64,000 nt of DNA from Candidatus Omnitrophota bacterium (GCA_023248155.1 JAHFFE010000001.1:20873-84872); one strand, 5' to 3'; numbered from the stretch's first letter, positions 17,295 to 26,807 are shown. The notes: generated from the letters alone by a model not told the origin. Translations and numbers: made by a program.

Positions 17295-17750
17295 TCAACG
17301 CGCCAGCGCAATGGCTTCCACAATTTCGGCTAACTCACGCTCAACGGTACGCTCATCCACCGATCCTTGAATCTGCTTGGCATAAAGAGCAATATCCTTA
17401 AGCGACAAAATACCCACCAATTTCTCATCTTCGGCAACCGGCAGCCGATGGATGGCCGCCAATTCCATCAACTCGACCGCCTCTTCCACGCTCAGGTCAG
17501 GAGAAATCGTTTTCACTTCGCGTGTCATGCAGGCACTCACCGGCACCTGAGCCGCCGGAAGCGGTTCTTGCGACAGGCAGAGCGCCAAATCGCGGTCGGT
17601 GATGACCCCTACAATTTTCCGGGTCTGATGGTTCTCTACCACAGGCACGATCCCGCAATTGTGCTGCCGCATGATCTTGCCGGCAACCGCGCAATTATCT
17701 TTCGGCGTGCAGGCGGCCGGGTCAACCGTCATTAGCTCTCGAACTTTCAT
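17295..17750 (-). CDS. CBS domain pair protein
   Basis: Two CBS motifs (...GIVPVVENHQTRKIVGVITDRDL... and ...HRLPVAEDEKLVGILSLKDI...). The start is taken at MKVRELMTVDP rather than the longer track N-terminus. Confidence 0.65.
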   Translation of the reverse strand: MKVRELMTVDPAACTPKDNCAVAGKIMRQHNCGIVPVVENHQTRKIVGVITDRDLALCLSQEPLPAAQVPVSACMTREVKTISPDLSVEEAVELMELAAIHRLPVAEDEKLVGILSLKDIALYAKQIQGSVDERTVERELAEIVEAIALAR

Positions 17751-17781
17751 GGGATATCCCCCTTTGTTGGCGATCATTGAT

Positions 17782-17934
17782 TTATTCCTCGCAGCTGGTG
17801 CAGGAGCAAACACAGCGGGTTCCTTCCGCGCAGCCCTCGCAACAATACAGGTCTTCCCCATCCTGAAACCCTTTCTCCTGCATCCACTGCTCGCAGGTTT
17901 TTCCGCACCCGCAACAAACCCTTTGTTCGCTCAT
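17782..17934 (-). CDS. Bacterial metallothionein-like Cys-rich small protein, 50 aa; paralog of 13141-13308
   Basis: Hand translation gives MSEQRVCCGCGKTCEQWMQEKGFQDGEDLYCCEGCAEGTRCVCSCTSCEE, with an AAGGAGGA Shine-Dalgarno 7 nt upstream. The block DG(D/E).(L)YCC(R/E)GCAE(D/G)T.C.C is shared with the first copy. The ORF is not in the supplied track. Confidence 0.5.
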   Translation of the reverse strand: MSEQRVCCGCGKTCEQWMQEKGFQDGEDLYCCEGCAEGTRCVCSCTSCEE

Positions 17935-17949
17935 GGACGGTTTCCTCCT

Positions 17950-18315
17950 TTATAAATCTTCCACGACAAATTCCGGCTCCATGACCGGCGCGTATCGCGC
18001 GGGAACCGGCACCGGGAATGTGATAATCTCGTAAGCGCCAATCACCGAACGGGCCACCGCGAAACCGATGCCTTTGACAAATCCCCAGGTTAAGCCCGCA
18101 CCCGGTCCATCCGCTTTCCATGAATCGGACATCTGATTTGGAATCTCCAGCCAGCCAGTGGCCGCATTAGCGATTCCGCGAAATAGTTTATGGCCCATGC
18201 CAGATCCGGTTGTTTTTGGCTGAGTAACGACGGTTTCCTCCGCAAAACCAGCCGCTATCCCAACCATCAGAACCGCTATTATTCCCAACGCAACCATTCC
18301 TATGGTTTTACGCAT
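17950..18315 (-). CDS. Small secreted protein, TIGR04073-like (putative exosortase-system-associated family)
   Basis: 121 aa with a signal peptide and KLFRGIANAATGWLEIPNQM...YEIITFPVP, matching my recollection of that family's conserved KL.RG..N...GW.EIP and TFP segments. Confidence 0.4.
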   Translation of the reverse strand: MRKTIGMVALGIIAVLMVGIAAGFAEETVVTQPKTTGSGMGHKLFRGIANAATGWLEIPNQMSDSWKADGPGAGLTWGFVKGIGFAVARSVIGAYEIITFPVPVPARYAPVMEPEFVVEDL

Positions 18316-18523
18316 GAGAAATCCTCCTTTTTTCTATTTCTAATTTTTTATCCAATCTTCTGTTGTCTGGTTGAATTATAGGGAATGAAAATAACGGGTA
18401 AGTGACTTTGACGTGACAGAATTGTAATTGAATGGACTGGAATCCTAAGATTTTTACACATTTTTCGGCAGAGATCAGGTAGACTTCATCTGCAAACCCA
18501 AATTCCACGCTTGGGGGAGGTGT

Positions 18524-20968
18524 TTGATGGGGTTTTTTGCACTGCCGGAATTTCAAATGGCTCCGTACGCCGCTCCACCTGTTTTTGTTGGAATGGCCGG
18601 TTTCTTTTTAGCTGTTTTTGTCCTCTTGCGTGAACGCTTTTCCCGCGCCAGCCTTCTGTTTGCCGCCTCCTGTTTTAGCGTCATGCTCTGGCTGGTTTCC
18701 TATGCCGGAATCTACGGCAGCGCCAATGCCGCCGACGCGCTGGCCTGGGTACGCCTGGAGCATGTCGGCGTTTCATTCATTCCTGCGGCGCTGACGCTTC
18801 TGAGTTTCAGCATCACCGGGCAGTTCCACCGGTTTCGGATCTGGTGCGCAGCGATAGTATTCTTATCCGTCGGATTTTGCATGCTTGCGCTTTTTAGCGA
18901 CCTCTTTATCGACGGCTTAATCCGATACCCCTGGGGTTATTACAAACATTACGGCCCGATGGGGTTTCCGTTTCTTGTTTTTTTCTTCGGATCGCTGGTT
19001 TTATCGTTCGTCAATTACTGGACCGAACTTCACCGCACCGAATCAAAGCAGCGTAAAAAACGGCTGCGCTGGCTGCTGATCAGCCTCTCCATCGCCTATC
19101 TAGGCTCAATCGATTACCTGCCGGCCTACGGAATTCCGGTTTATCCTATTGGTTTTCTTCCGGCATTTATTTCAATGATCCTGCTGGCTCGGACCATCTG
19201 GCGCTATCGCCTGGTGGATATGGCTTCCGCGCTGGCCGCAGGACCGATCTTGCGAATGATGCCCTCGGCCTGCCTGGTCGTCGATGCGGAAGGGATCATT
19301 CAGATTGCCAACCCGTCGGCGCTGGCGATGTTCGGCTTTTCCGAAGAGGAGCTGATTGGGATGCCGCTGCGAAAATTGACAGAACTTCCCAAAGAAGCCC
19401 TTTCGCTGCCGGCAGCCGGGTCGCCGCCGCTGAGTTACGCTTCCGAATGGCAGCGGAAGCGGGGCGCGCCGATTGCCGTCAGCGTATCGGCCTGCAAGTT
19501 AACAATGGGCCGACAGAAATCGGTCGGCTCGATTTACATCGCGCTTGATATGACCGAACAGAAAAAAGCCCAGCAAGAATTGCGGGAAGCCCACGATCAG
19601 CTGGAAATCCGCGTGCAGGAACGGACAGCCGATCTGATGTCCGCCAACGAACGATTGAAGTCGGTGACGCGCGCGCTGCGCGACACCAGCGTCCGGTTAA
19701 AAACAATGGCGCTGCTGGATCCGCTGACCGAACTGCTCAATCGCCGGGGCCTTGAAGAAATTCTGGTCCGCGAAGCGGCCCGCGCGCGGCGAGAAGGCAC
19801 CCCGATGCTGGCAATCCTTGTCGATCTGGATGACTTCAAGAAAATCAACGACACGCTGGGCCACGCGGTGGGCGATCTGGTGCTGAAAGAAACGGCGCGC
19901 TGCCTGAAAACATCGCTGCGCGGAACCGATCAGGCCGGCCGGATCGGCGGCGATGAATTCATGGTGTTGCTTCCGCAGACACGCGCCGCGGAAGGCGTTC
20001 AGGTGGCCGAAAAACTGCGTCTGGCCATCGCGCAAACGGCCATTGTTCTTTCGGAAAAAGAAACGGTGCGGGTCACCGGCAGCTTGGGCTTGATTAACGT
20101 GGGAACCCAGATGGCCTCCATTGATAAACTGCTGGCCGATGCGCATCGGGCTCTTTACCAAAGCAAATTCTCAGGAAAAAATCAGGTCACTTTCGATGAA
20201 GATCCCGGGTCGCCGGAACGGCCCCGGCCCGACCGTCTGGATGAGACGCTGCGCGAACTGTGCCGCGACGACCGTTACGTTGCGCTTGCGCAGCCGATCC
20301 TGCGCTTAAGCGACCGGCGTGAAATAGGCGTGGAGATGCTCTGCCGCTCTACAGTCGCTTCGTTCGAAATGCCTGATGATTTTTTCCGGCTCTGCATGGA
20401 AGCCAAGGCATTGACGCTCGTGGACCATATTTGTCTGAAAAAATGTTTGGAGGCAGCCCATCAACTGCGGCCGGAGCTGTGGTGCCATATCAACCTGTTT
20501 CCGTCGACGATCGCCAACACGCCGCTGACGCAGCTGCTGGACCTGTTTCATCAGATTCGCCCAGACAACCGGTTCTGCGTGGAAATCAGCGAGCAACAGA
20601 TTATCGGAGATCCTTCGTATTTAAAAAAACCGGTGGAAGCCTTGCGGCGGGCCGGAATCCGCGTGGCGATGGATGATGTCGGGTTTGGCCGCAGCTGTTT
20701 GGAAAGCCTGATCTTGCTGGAGCCTGACATCATTAAAATCGACAAACGGTGCGTTCAAGGAATCGATAAGGACGGTTGGATGGAGCGGTCCATCAAACGG
20801 ATGGGCAGCATCGCGCAGAGTCTGGGAACAGAGGTAATCGCCGAAGGGATTGAATCATCGGAGGAATTAGCCTGCATCAAAGCGGCCGGACTCCATTACG
20901 GACAAGGGTTCCTGCTGGGCAAGCCGGTCCCGCTCAAAAAAGCGGCGGTTCTATCCTCCCTCAAGTAA
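18524..20968 (+). CDS. Membrane sensor diguanylate cyclase/phosphodiesterase (7TM, PAS, GGDEF, EAL)
   Basis: 814 aa with about seven N-terminal TM helices, a PAS domain, a coiled-coil linker and a GGDEF domain (RIGGDEF). The EAL domain carries variant motifs (EML for EAL, DDVGFG for DDFGTG; KIDK and EGIE retained). Confidence 0.85.
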   Translation: MMGFFALPEFQMAPYAAPPVFVGMAGFFLAVFVLLRERFSRASLLFAASCFSVMLWLVSYAGIYGSANAADALAWVRLEHVGVSFIPAALTLLSFSITGQFHRFRIWCAAIVFLSVGFCMLALFSDLFIDGLIRYPWGYYKHYGPMGFPFLVFFFGSLVLSFVNYWTELHRTESKQRKKRLRWLLISLSIAYLGSIDYLPAYGIPVYPIGFLPAFISMILLARTIWRYRLVDMASALAAGPILRMMPSACLVVDAEGIIQIANPSALAMFGFSEEELIGMPLRKLTELPKEALSLPAAGSPPLSYASEWQRKRGAPIAVSVSACKLTMGRQKSVGSIYIALDMTEQKKAQQELREAHDQLEIRVQERTADLMSANERLKSVTRALRDTSVRLKTMALLDPLTELLNRRGLEEILVREAARARREGTPMLAILVDLDDFKKINDTLGHAVGDLVLKETARCLKTSLRGTDQAGRIGGDEFMVLLPQTRAAEGVQVAEKLRLAIAQTAIVLSEKETVRVTGSLGLINVGTQMASIDKLLADAHRALYQSKFSGKNQVTFDEDPGSPERPRPDRLDETLRELCRDDRYVALAQPILRLSDRREIGVEMLCRSTVASFEMPDDFFRLCMEAKALTLVDHICLKKCLEAAHQLRPELWCHINLFPSTIANTPLTQLLDLFHQIRPDNRFCVEISEQQIIGDPSYLKKPVEALRRAGIRVAMDDVGFGRSCLESLILLEPDIIKIDKRCVQGIDKDGWMERSIKRMGSIAQSLGTEVIAEGIESSEELACIKAAGLHYGQGFLLGKPVPLKKAAVLSSLK

Positions 20969-21643
20969 GCGCAGCAGCAGCATCACCACCATTCCAATAA
21001 TCACCAGCGCGACCACCTTCCAATTGAAAGTCCGGTGCGCCTCCGGCAGCAGGTCCGCCGCCCCGATATAAATAAAATCTCCGGCGATAAATGCCAGCAT
21101 TTTTTGCTGGAATCCATCCGGAATCGCTCCGGCCGCCAGCGCGCCGATTGGATACAACAGGCTGGCAGCGGCCAACACCCAAAGCATCGTCGACTGTTTC
21201 CACCCGGCCTCTTTCATGATCAGCGCTGAAGTGATCCCCTGTGGAATTTCATGCAGCACCACGGCAATCGCAATCGACGCGCCCAGCCAGGGATTGACCT
21301 GGTAGCCAACGACGATTCCCGCCCCATCCACGACATTATCCATCGCCATGCCGAGCACGGCCACCGGCCCAATCCGATGCGTGTGGCATTCGTCCTCACC
21401 GCAAGCGTGGATCATCATGAATTTCTCCAGCAGATAGAAGACCATGAACCCCAGCGTCACATACAGCGAGTTGGATTTCACATCGGCCTCGGGGAGCACA
21501 TGGAAAAATGCAGCTGCCAGCAGCATGCCGGCCGCCAGCGCGATGATGTAGCGCGGCTGTATTTTGGTGGTCCAGCCCCGCAACGCCAGCCATCCGGCAA
21601 TCAGGTCGAATGACCCGGCGATCAACGCGTAAAGATGCCCCAT
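20951..21643 (-). CDS. ZIP-family divalent metal (zinc) transporter
   Basis: 230 aa with the HEIPQG motif and a His-rich loop (HACGEDECHTHRIG). Confidence 0.8.
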   Translation of the reverse strand: MGHLYALIAGSFDLIAGWLALRGWTTKIQPRYIIALAAGMLLAAAFFHVLPEADVKSNSLYVTLGFMVFYLLEKFMMIHACGEDECHTHRIGPVAVLGMAMDNVVDGAGIVVGYQVNPWLGASIAIAVVLHEIPQGITSALIMKEAGWKQSTMLWVLAAASLLYPIGALAAGAIPDGFQQKMLAFIAGDFIYIGAADLLPEAHRTFNWKVVALVIIGMVVMLLLRLLEGG

Positions 21644-21644
21644 G

Positions 21645-22172
21645 TTAGTGCGGTTTTTCGCCGTAAAGTTTCAGCGCGACAGAGTTGATGCAGTACCGTT
21701 TCCCGGTCGGCGGCGGGCCGTCGTCAAAGACATGGCCCAGATGCGCGCCGCAGCGGGCGCAGAGCACTTCGACGCGGCGCATGCCGAAACTGGAATCGTC
21801 CTTGCTTTTCACGTTCAGCGGCGAGACCGGGTCCCAAAAACTGGGCCAGCCGGTGCCCGACTCAAATTTCTCGCCGACGGCGAAAAGGTCGGTGCCGCAG
21901 CCGACGCATTGATAAATTCCCTTGCCGGAAGCCGGAATCGCGCAAACATTGGAAAACGGCTGTTCGGTTCCTTTGCGGCGGGTCACTTCGTACTGTTCAG
22001 GCGTCAGCTGTTTTTTCCATTCGGCGTCCGATTTGATCACCGGCGCCATCTGTTCCGTTTTGCCGGTCCGCGCGTTGTAAATTTCAATCGTTTCCGTCAT
22101 TTTTGTTTTCGCACCCAGAAAGATTCCGGTGGCTCCCAGTAATATGAGGGTTGCAATCGTCTGTTTTTTCAT
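21645..22172 (-). CDS. msrB: Secreted peptide-methionine (R)-S-oxide reductase MsrB
   Basis: Signal peptide, then two CxxC zinc pairs ([21 protein letters not shown]) and GWPSF. Confidence 0.85.
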   Translation of the reverse strand: MKKQTIATLILLGATGIFLGAKTKMTETIEIYNARTGKTEQMAPVIKSDAEWKKQLTPEQYEVTRRKGTEQPFSNVCAIPASGKGIYQCVGCGTDLFAVGEKFESGTGWPSFWDPVSPLNVKSKDDSSFGMRRVEVLCARCGAHLGHVFDDGPPPTGKRYCINSVALKLYGEKPH

Positions 22173-22228
22173 TCCAGCCTTTCCATTGCTATTGCCATTA
22201 GTGTACCAAAGCGCGGTAAAATAATCTT

Positions 22229-23668
22229 ATGCGAAAAACACGAATTGTCGCCACGGTCGGACCGGCCTGCGCAAAAGAATCCTCACTGAAAAACCTGCTG
22301 ATTGCGGGCGCCGATATTCTGCGAATCAACGCATCGCACACGACACCGGCCCGTCTGGCCGAATGGATTCATTTCATCCGCCGCGTTTCGGCATCTCTGA
22401 ACAAAACCGTTGGTATCTTAGTCGATCTGCAGGGCCCGCGCGTCCGGACCGGCGCGCTGCGCGGCGCAGACCGGATTTTGCTGAAAAAAGGGGATGAGCT
22501 CTCGATCATCGCCGGCGCCAAAGAAAATTCCGGCACAGCGATTGCCACGCCCTGCCGCGAATTTGCCGGCATGGTCAAAAAAGGCGACCCGATCCTGATC
22601 GACAACGGGCTGCTGGAACTTCAGGTGCTTTCCGTCGAGAAACAGCGCGTCCGCTGCCGTGTTCTGCGCGGCGGAACACTGGGCGCCAATAAAGGGATCA
22701 ACCTGCCGCATGCGCCGGTCACGCTGCCGCCGATGACGGCCAAGGACCTGGCCGATCTGGAAGTGGCCGCCCGGCTGGAGGTTGATTTTATCGCGCTCTC
22801 GTTCGTGCGCAGCGAAGCGGACCTGGAAGCGCTTAAAAAATGGCTGGCGCGCCGCGGCAAAGAAATCCCGGTCATCGCTAAAATCGAAAAGCCTTCGGCC
22901 GTCAAACGGATCAAGCAGATTTTGGCCGTCGCCGACGGGATCATGGTGGCACGCGGCGATTTGGGCATCGAAATGGGCGTGGAGAAAATTCCGGCCGTGC
23001 AGAAACAATTAATCGCGCGGGCGCATCGGGCGCAGCTGCCGGTCATTACGGCCACGCAGATGCTGGAAACAATGATGGAAAGCTCCCGCCCCACGCGCGC
23101 CGAGGTATCCGATGTGGCCAATGCCGTCTTCGACGGAACGGATGCCGTGATGCTCTCCGGGGAAACATCGATCGGTAAATACCCGATTCCGGCTGTACGA
23201 ACGATGGCCACGATCATCCGTGAAGCGGAACGGCACAGCCGGCGGCCTTCGCACGAACACGCGGCCGAACTCGCATCGAAAAAAGATCTGTCGCCGGTTT
23301 ACGCCATCACGCAGGCCGCGCTGGAAGCGGCCGAACATTCCAAGGCGCGCGCCATTGTTGTCTTTACGCGTTCCGGAAAAACCGCACGGCTCATTTCAAT
23401 TCTCAGCCCCGCCTGCCCGATCATCATCATGACGGCGTCGGAACGAATCAACCGGCAGCTGACGCTGCTCAAAGGGGTGATTCCTCTGCGGATGAAGCAG
23501 TCGGCTAACACCGACGAAATGATCCGCACCGCCGACGCAACGATTCTGAAAGCGGGTCTGCTCAAGAAAGGGGATGGGGTGGTTGTCGTTTCAGGAAAAC
23601 AGGCGCTTCCGGCCGCCCGCTACATGGCAAAGATCCACTCGATCGGCGAGCGGTTCCTGGGGCGGTAA
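22229..23668 (+). CDS. pyk: Pyruvate kinase
   Basis: 479 aa with an N-terminus TKIVATVGPA and MVARGDLGIE, plus a C-terminal allosteric domain. Confidence 0.9.
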   Translation: MRKTRIVATVGPACAKESSLKNLLIAGADILRINASHTTPARLAEWIHFIRRVSASLNKTVGILVDLQGPRVRTGALRGADRILLKKGDELSIIAGAKENSGTAIATPCREFAGMVKKGDPILIDNGLLELQVLSVEKQRVRCRVLRGGTLGANKGINLPHAPVTLPPMTAKDLADLEVAARLEVDFIALSFVRSEADLEALKKWLARRGKEIPVIAKIEKPSAVKRIKQILAVADGIMVARGDLGIEMGVEKIPAVQKQLIARAHRAQLPVITATQMLETMMESSRPTRAEVSDVANAVFDGTDAVMLSGETSIGKYPIPAVRTMATIIREAERHSRRPSHEHAAELASKKDLSPVYAITQAALEAAEHSKARAIVVFTRSGKTARLISILSPACPIIIMTASERINRQLTLLKGVIPLRMKQSANTDEMIRTADATILKAGLLKKGDGVVVVSGKQALPAARYMAKIHSIGERFLGR

Positions 23669-23685
23669 ACGGCAGGTTTTGTTTC

Positions 23686-24675
23686 TTAAACTGCGCGGTT
23701 AAAAATCCAGCTGAACGGCTTTTTCTTCGCCTGGGCCATTAACTGCGCTTCACTCCGTTCGGCCAGTCCTCGGTAACGCTGCGCCAATCCGCCAAGATAA
23801 TCCTGGGCTTTCGCCGCATCACCGGTCAATCCGGAAAGTTCGGTGATTTTCCAATAGCCGACCAGGTGATCAATGATATCGGCGTAATCGCGGACCGTGT
23901 AAACGCCGATCCGCTGTGCCACGACGGCAAACTGTTGATACAAATCTTCCGGTCCGCCGTCACTCATTAAACGGGCCGGCATCGTCACGGTATTTTTCAT
24001 CATCTGCGCGAATGCGAGTACACCATCGGCAGGATCTAACTCAATGATTTTTCCGGCAAACCGTTTGTAGGCCTCTTCGTGCCGCGATTCATCGCCGGTA
24101 ACCAGTGCGCAGATTTTTCCCAGCGTCGGATCACCGATCTGATTGGCCAGCCGCGCCGTATTGCCGTGCGAAATCTTGGTGGCCCGCTCCTGGAAAGAGG
24201 TGTAGATCATTCCGTAATAAGGATCATTGCCGGTTTTTGGGTCGAAACCATTGGCAAGCAAATAGTGTGTCGTGGTTTCGAACGCCCGCATATCGATCCG
24301 TCCGGACAAATAAAGATACTTATTCAAAATCTCGCCGTGCCGGTTTTCTTCAGCGGTCCAGCCGCGGCTCCAGCGCGCCCAGGGGCTGTCGGAAGCGCCG
24401 GTCATATCTTCAATGCCGGGATGCCGGTTCAGCATCGTCTGATAGCTGGGAAGCGCTTCTTCGGTGACCGTATTGCCTACCAGCACGATCAACAGATCAT
24501 CGGGAACGGCCCGCGCCTGCTCGCGCAAAGCTTGAATTTGCTCGTTCCAGCCATCCGAGGTCATGTCGGGCAAGATATCGGATGGCTGCCAGCTGTCAGA
24601 AACGGTTTTCAATAGTGACAGGTTTTCTTCAACGAACCCTTCCATGTTTTTAACGACCTCTGCATGCGATGACAT
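23686..24675 (-). CDS. Soluble acyl-ACP desaturase (di-iron, stearoyl-ACP desaturase family)
   Basis: 329 aa with the di-iron motifs WTAEENRHG and GDESRHEEAY. Confidence 0.8.
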   Translation of the reverse strand: MSSHAEVVKNMEGFVEENLSLLKTVSDSWQPSDILPDMTSDGWNEQIQALREQARAVPDDLLIVLVGNTVTEEALPSYQTMLNRHPGIEDMTGASDSPWARWSRGWTAEENRHGEILNKYLYLSGRIDMRAFETTTHYLLANGFDPKTGNDPYYGMIYTSFQERATKISHGNTARLANQIGDPTLGKICALVTGDESRHEEAYKRFAGKIIELDPADGVLAFAQMMKNTVTMPARLMSDGGPEDLYQQFAVVAQRIGVYTVRDYADIIDHLVGYWKITELSGLTGDAAKAQDYLGGLAQRYRGLAERSEAQLMAQAKKKPFSWIFNRAV

Positions 24676-24840
24676 GGCTATTATTATAGGGGAAAGATTG
24701 CCGCACGGAGGGGTTATTTGGAGGTATACTTATTACGGCGGGGTTAAACAACGGTTCAATAATCCCCGCCTAATGAGGTGAACGATGAAGTACGGCAGTA
24801 ACTAGACGGGCGGGTGCTTACTCCGGAATACCCCGCCCGT

Positions 24841-26145
24841 TTAGTATTTTTGGATCCCCGCGGGCAGCTCCGGAATAATTCCCATCTTCGCGTAAATCGG
24901 CCGAATGATCTGGCGCAGCGTCGGCAGCTGCCGCACAAAAACCAGCGCGCCCAGAACGCAGCCGCTGCCGGCTAATAAAAGCGCCGTTGAGATGCCGGCG
25001 TGATCGGCGACAAACCCGGTCAGTAAACTTCCCCACGGCATCATGCCCATGAACGCCATGGTGTACAGGCTCATCACGCGGCCGCGCTTGTCGTCATCCA
25101 CCAATGTTTGCAATACGGTATTCGCGGCAGCCAGCTGAACGATCATTGAAAATCCGGCCGCGGCCAGCAGCACCAGCGCCAGCCAGAACGGGCGCGCCAC
25201 CGCGAACCCGATCAACGCCGCTCCAAATAAAACCGAGGCCGCGGCAATCAGCCGGACCAATCCGCGCACGTTCCGGCGCGACGCCAGAAAAATCGCGCCG
25301 GCCAGCGAACCAACGCCCGACGCGCTCATTAAAAACCCCAGCGTGTGCGGGCCGCCGTGAAAAACATCGCGCGCGGCCATCGGCATTAAAACCGCGTACG
25401 GCAAACCCACTAAGCTGACGAACGCCACCAGAAGCAAGATCGACCGGATCGGCACGAATTTAACGGCATACGAAACGCCTTCCATCATTCCTTTGATCAA
25501 TCCGGTTTTGGAAGCAGCCGTTTTGGGACCCAGATTCCGCATCGCCAGCAGCGTCCAGATGACAGCGATGTAACTGACGCCGTCGATCAGAAAACAGGTC
25601 CCCTCGCCGCCGGCAGCGATCACAAATCCGGCGATGGCCGGACCGATCAGCCGCGCGCCGTTGAACATTGATGAATTCAACGCGATCGCGTTGCTTAAAT
25701 CGTTCCGGTGGTCAATCATCTGCACCACGAACGCCTGCCGCGCCGGAACATCAAATGCATTAACCAATCCCTGCAGAACGCTCAAGCAGGCTATCTGCGT
25801 GACGGTAATCCGGCCGGAGATCGCCAAAAAGGCCAGCGTCAGCGACTGCACCATTGAAATGATCTGCGTGGTAATTAAAATACGGCGGCAATCGTTGCGG
25901 TCGCTCCAAAGCCCGCCCAGCGGAGCCAGAAGAAACGTGGCAATCTGTCCGGTAAACCCCACGATTCCCAGCCAAAGCGCGGAACCGGTTAAGCGGTAGA
26001 CCAGCCAGCCGGTCGCCACCTGCGTCATCCAGGTACCGGTCAACGAAATGCTCTGCCCGAAAAAAAAGAGCCGGTAGTTGCGGTATTTGAGCGCGCGCCC
26101 AATCACGCCCAGTTTTATCAAATTAAGAAAACCGGGCTTTCTCAA
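24841..26145 (-). CDS. MFS transporter
   Basis: 434 aa with 12 predicted TM helices and the MFS signature LGGLWSDRNDCRR after TM2. Confidence 0.75.
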   Translation of the reverse strand: MRKPGFLNLIKLGVIGRALKYRNYRLFFFGQSISLTGTWMTQVATGWLVYRLTGSALWLGIVGFTGQIATFLLAPLGGLWSDRNDCRRILITTQIISMVQSLTLAFLAISGRITVTQIACLSVLQGLVNAFDVPARQAFVVQMIDHRNDLSNAIALNSSMFNGARLIGPAIAGFVIAAGGEGTCFLIDGVSYIAVIWTLLAMRNLGPKTAASKTGLIKGMMEGVSYAVKFVPIRSILLLVAFVSLVGLPYAVLMPMAARDVFHGGPHTLGFLMSASGVGSLAGAIFLASRRNVRGLVRLIAAASVLFGAALIGFAVARPFWLALVLLAAAGFSMIVQLAAANTVLQTLVDDDKRGRVMSLYTMAFMGMMPWGSLLTGFVADHAGISTALLLAGSGCVLGALVFVRQLPTLRQIIRPIYAKMGIIPELPAGIQKY

Positions 26146-26797
26146 TCCGGTTCAAGCTTTCTTGTTTATGGATTCGTTCGTCCAGTCCGATGCGGCGAAA
26201 CAAATCGGCCAGCGATGGATAACAACCGTACTCCTGCTCAAAATCGCTGATGAACGGTTCCTTTTCAAACGCCGGATTTTCCTCGACCAGCAGCATATAT
26301 TCGTGTTCGGCATGGTCTTCAAAATCCGCGTTAAGCCCATAGCTCCAAGACGGCCGGATCACATAAAGCAGCCAGCTGATCTGATAATAAACGAACGCGA
26401 TGATTTGCGGAACAACGCGGTAGAGCAGAAAATTTTCGGAAATCTCCCTGCGCTGGACCAGTTCTTCCAGAATGAGCAGGTGCCATTGTTCATTGTCCTG
26501 CTGGGCGCGCGCTTCTTTGATGAATTCGAAGATGCGGCGGGCAAAATTGGGCATGCTGTAGGTGTGCGTCATCGCAATGTAAGCGACATGTTCCCAAGAC
26601 TGGTAAGGAACGCGGGCGATCAGCTCCAGAACCTTGAATTTCGAGAGTGTGCGCTCGCGGCCGTAAAAAAGATCCATCGTGATGAACAACAGGCGGGCCG
26701 GCAGTCCGTAATTGCGGCGCGGCGCCGCCAGCGTGGCGCGCTGTTCGGCTCTTAGAAGTGCGGGGTCTCTTACGAAAAATGCGTCGGGCGGTTCCAT
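26123..26797 (-). CDS. Alternative oxidase (AOX/PTOX-like di-iron carboxylate protein)
   Basis: Four candidate iron-binding motifs: LELIARVPY, NEQWHLLILEEL (compare NERMHL), ADFEDHAEHEY (compare LEEEAxH) and LDERIHK (compare RADEAHH). The start is taken at the internal MEPPDAFF to avoid overlapping the upstream gene. Confidence 0.5.
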   Translation of the reverse strand: MEPPDAFFVRDPALLRAEQRATLAAPRRNYGLPARLLFITMDLFYGRERTLSKFKVLELIARVPYQSWEHVAYIAMTHTYSMPNFARRIFEFIKEARAQQDNEQWHLLILEELVQRREISENFLLYRVVPQIIAFVYYQISWLLYVIRPSWSYGLNADFEDHAEHEYMLLVEENPAFEKEPFISDFEQEYGCYPSLADLFRRIGLDERIHKQESLNRIEKARFS

Positions 26798-26807
26798 CTG
26801 TTTTTGT

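Noticed and set aside
17774-18121. 115-aa minus-strand track ORF
   Set aside because: It is in a different frame from, and overlaps, both the Shine-Dalgarno-preceded metallothionein micro-ORF and the TIGR04073-like gene. Its Gly/Arg-rich translation looks spurious.
22418-23217. Long minus-strand ORFs (196 and 198 aa) inside pyruvate kinase
   Set aside because: They are antisense to a confidently identified pyk gene and their composition is low-complexity.
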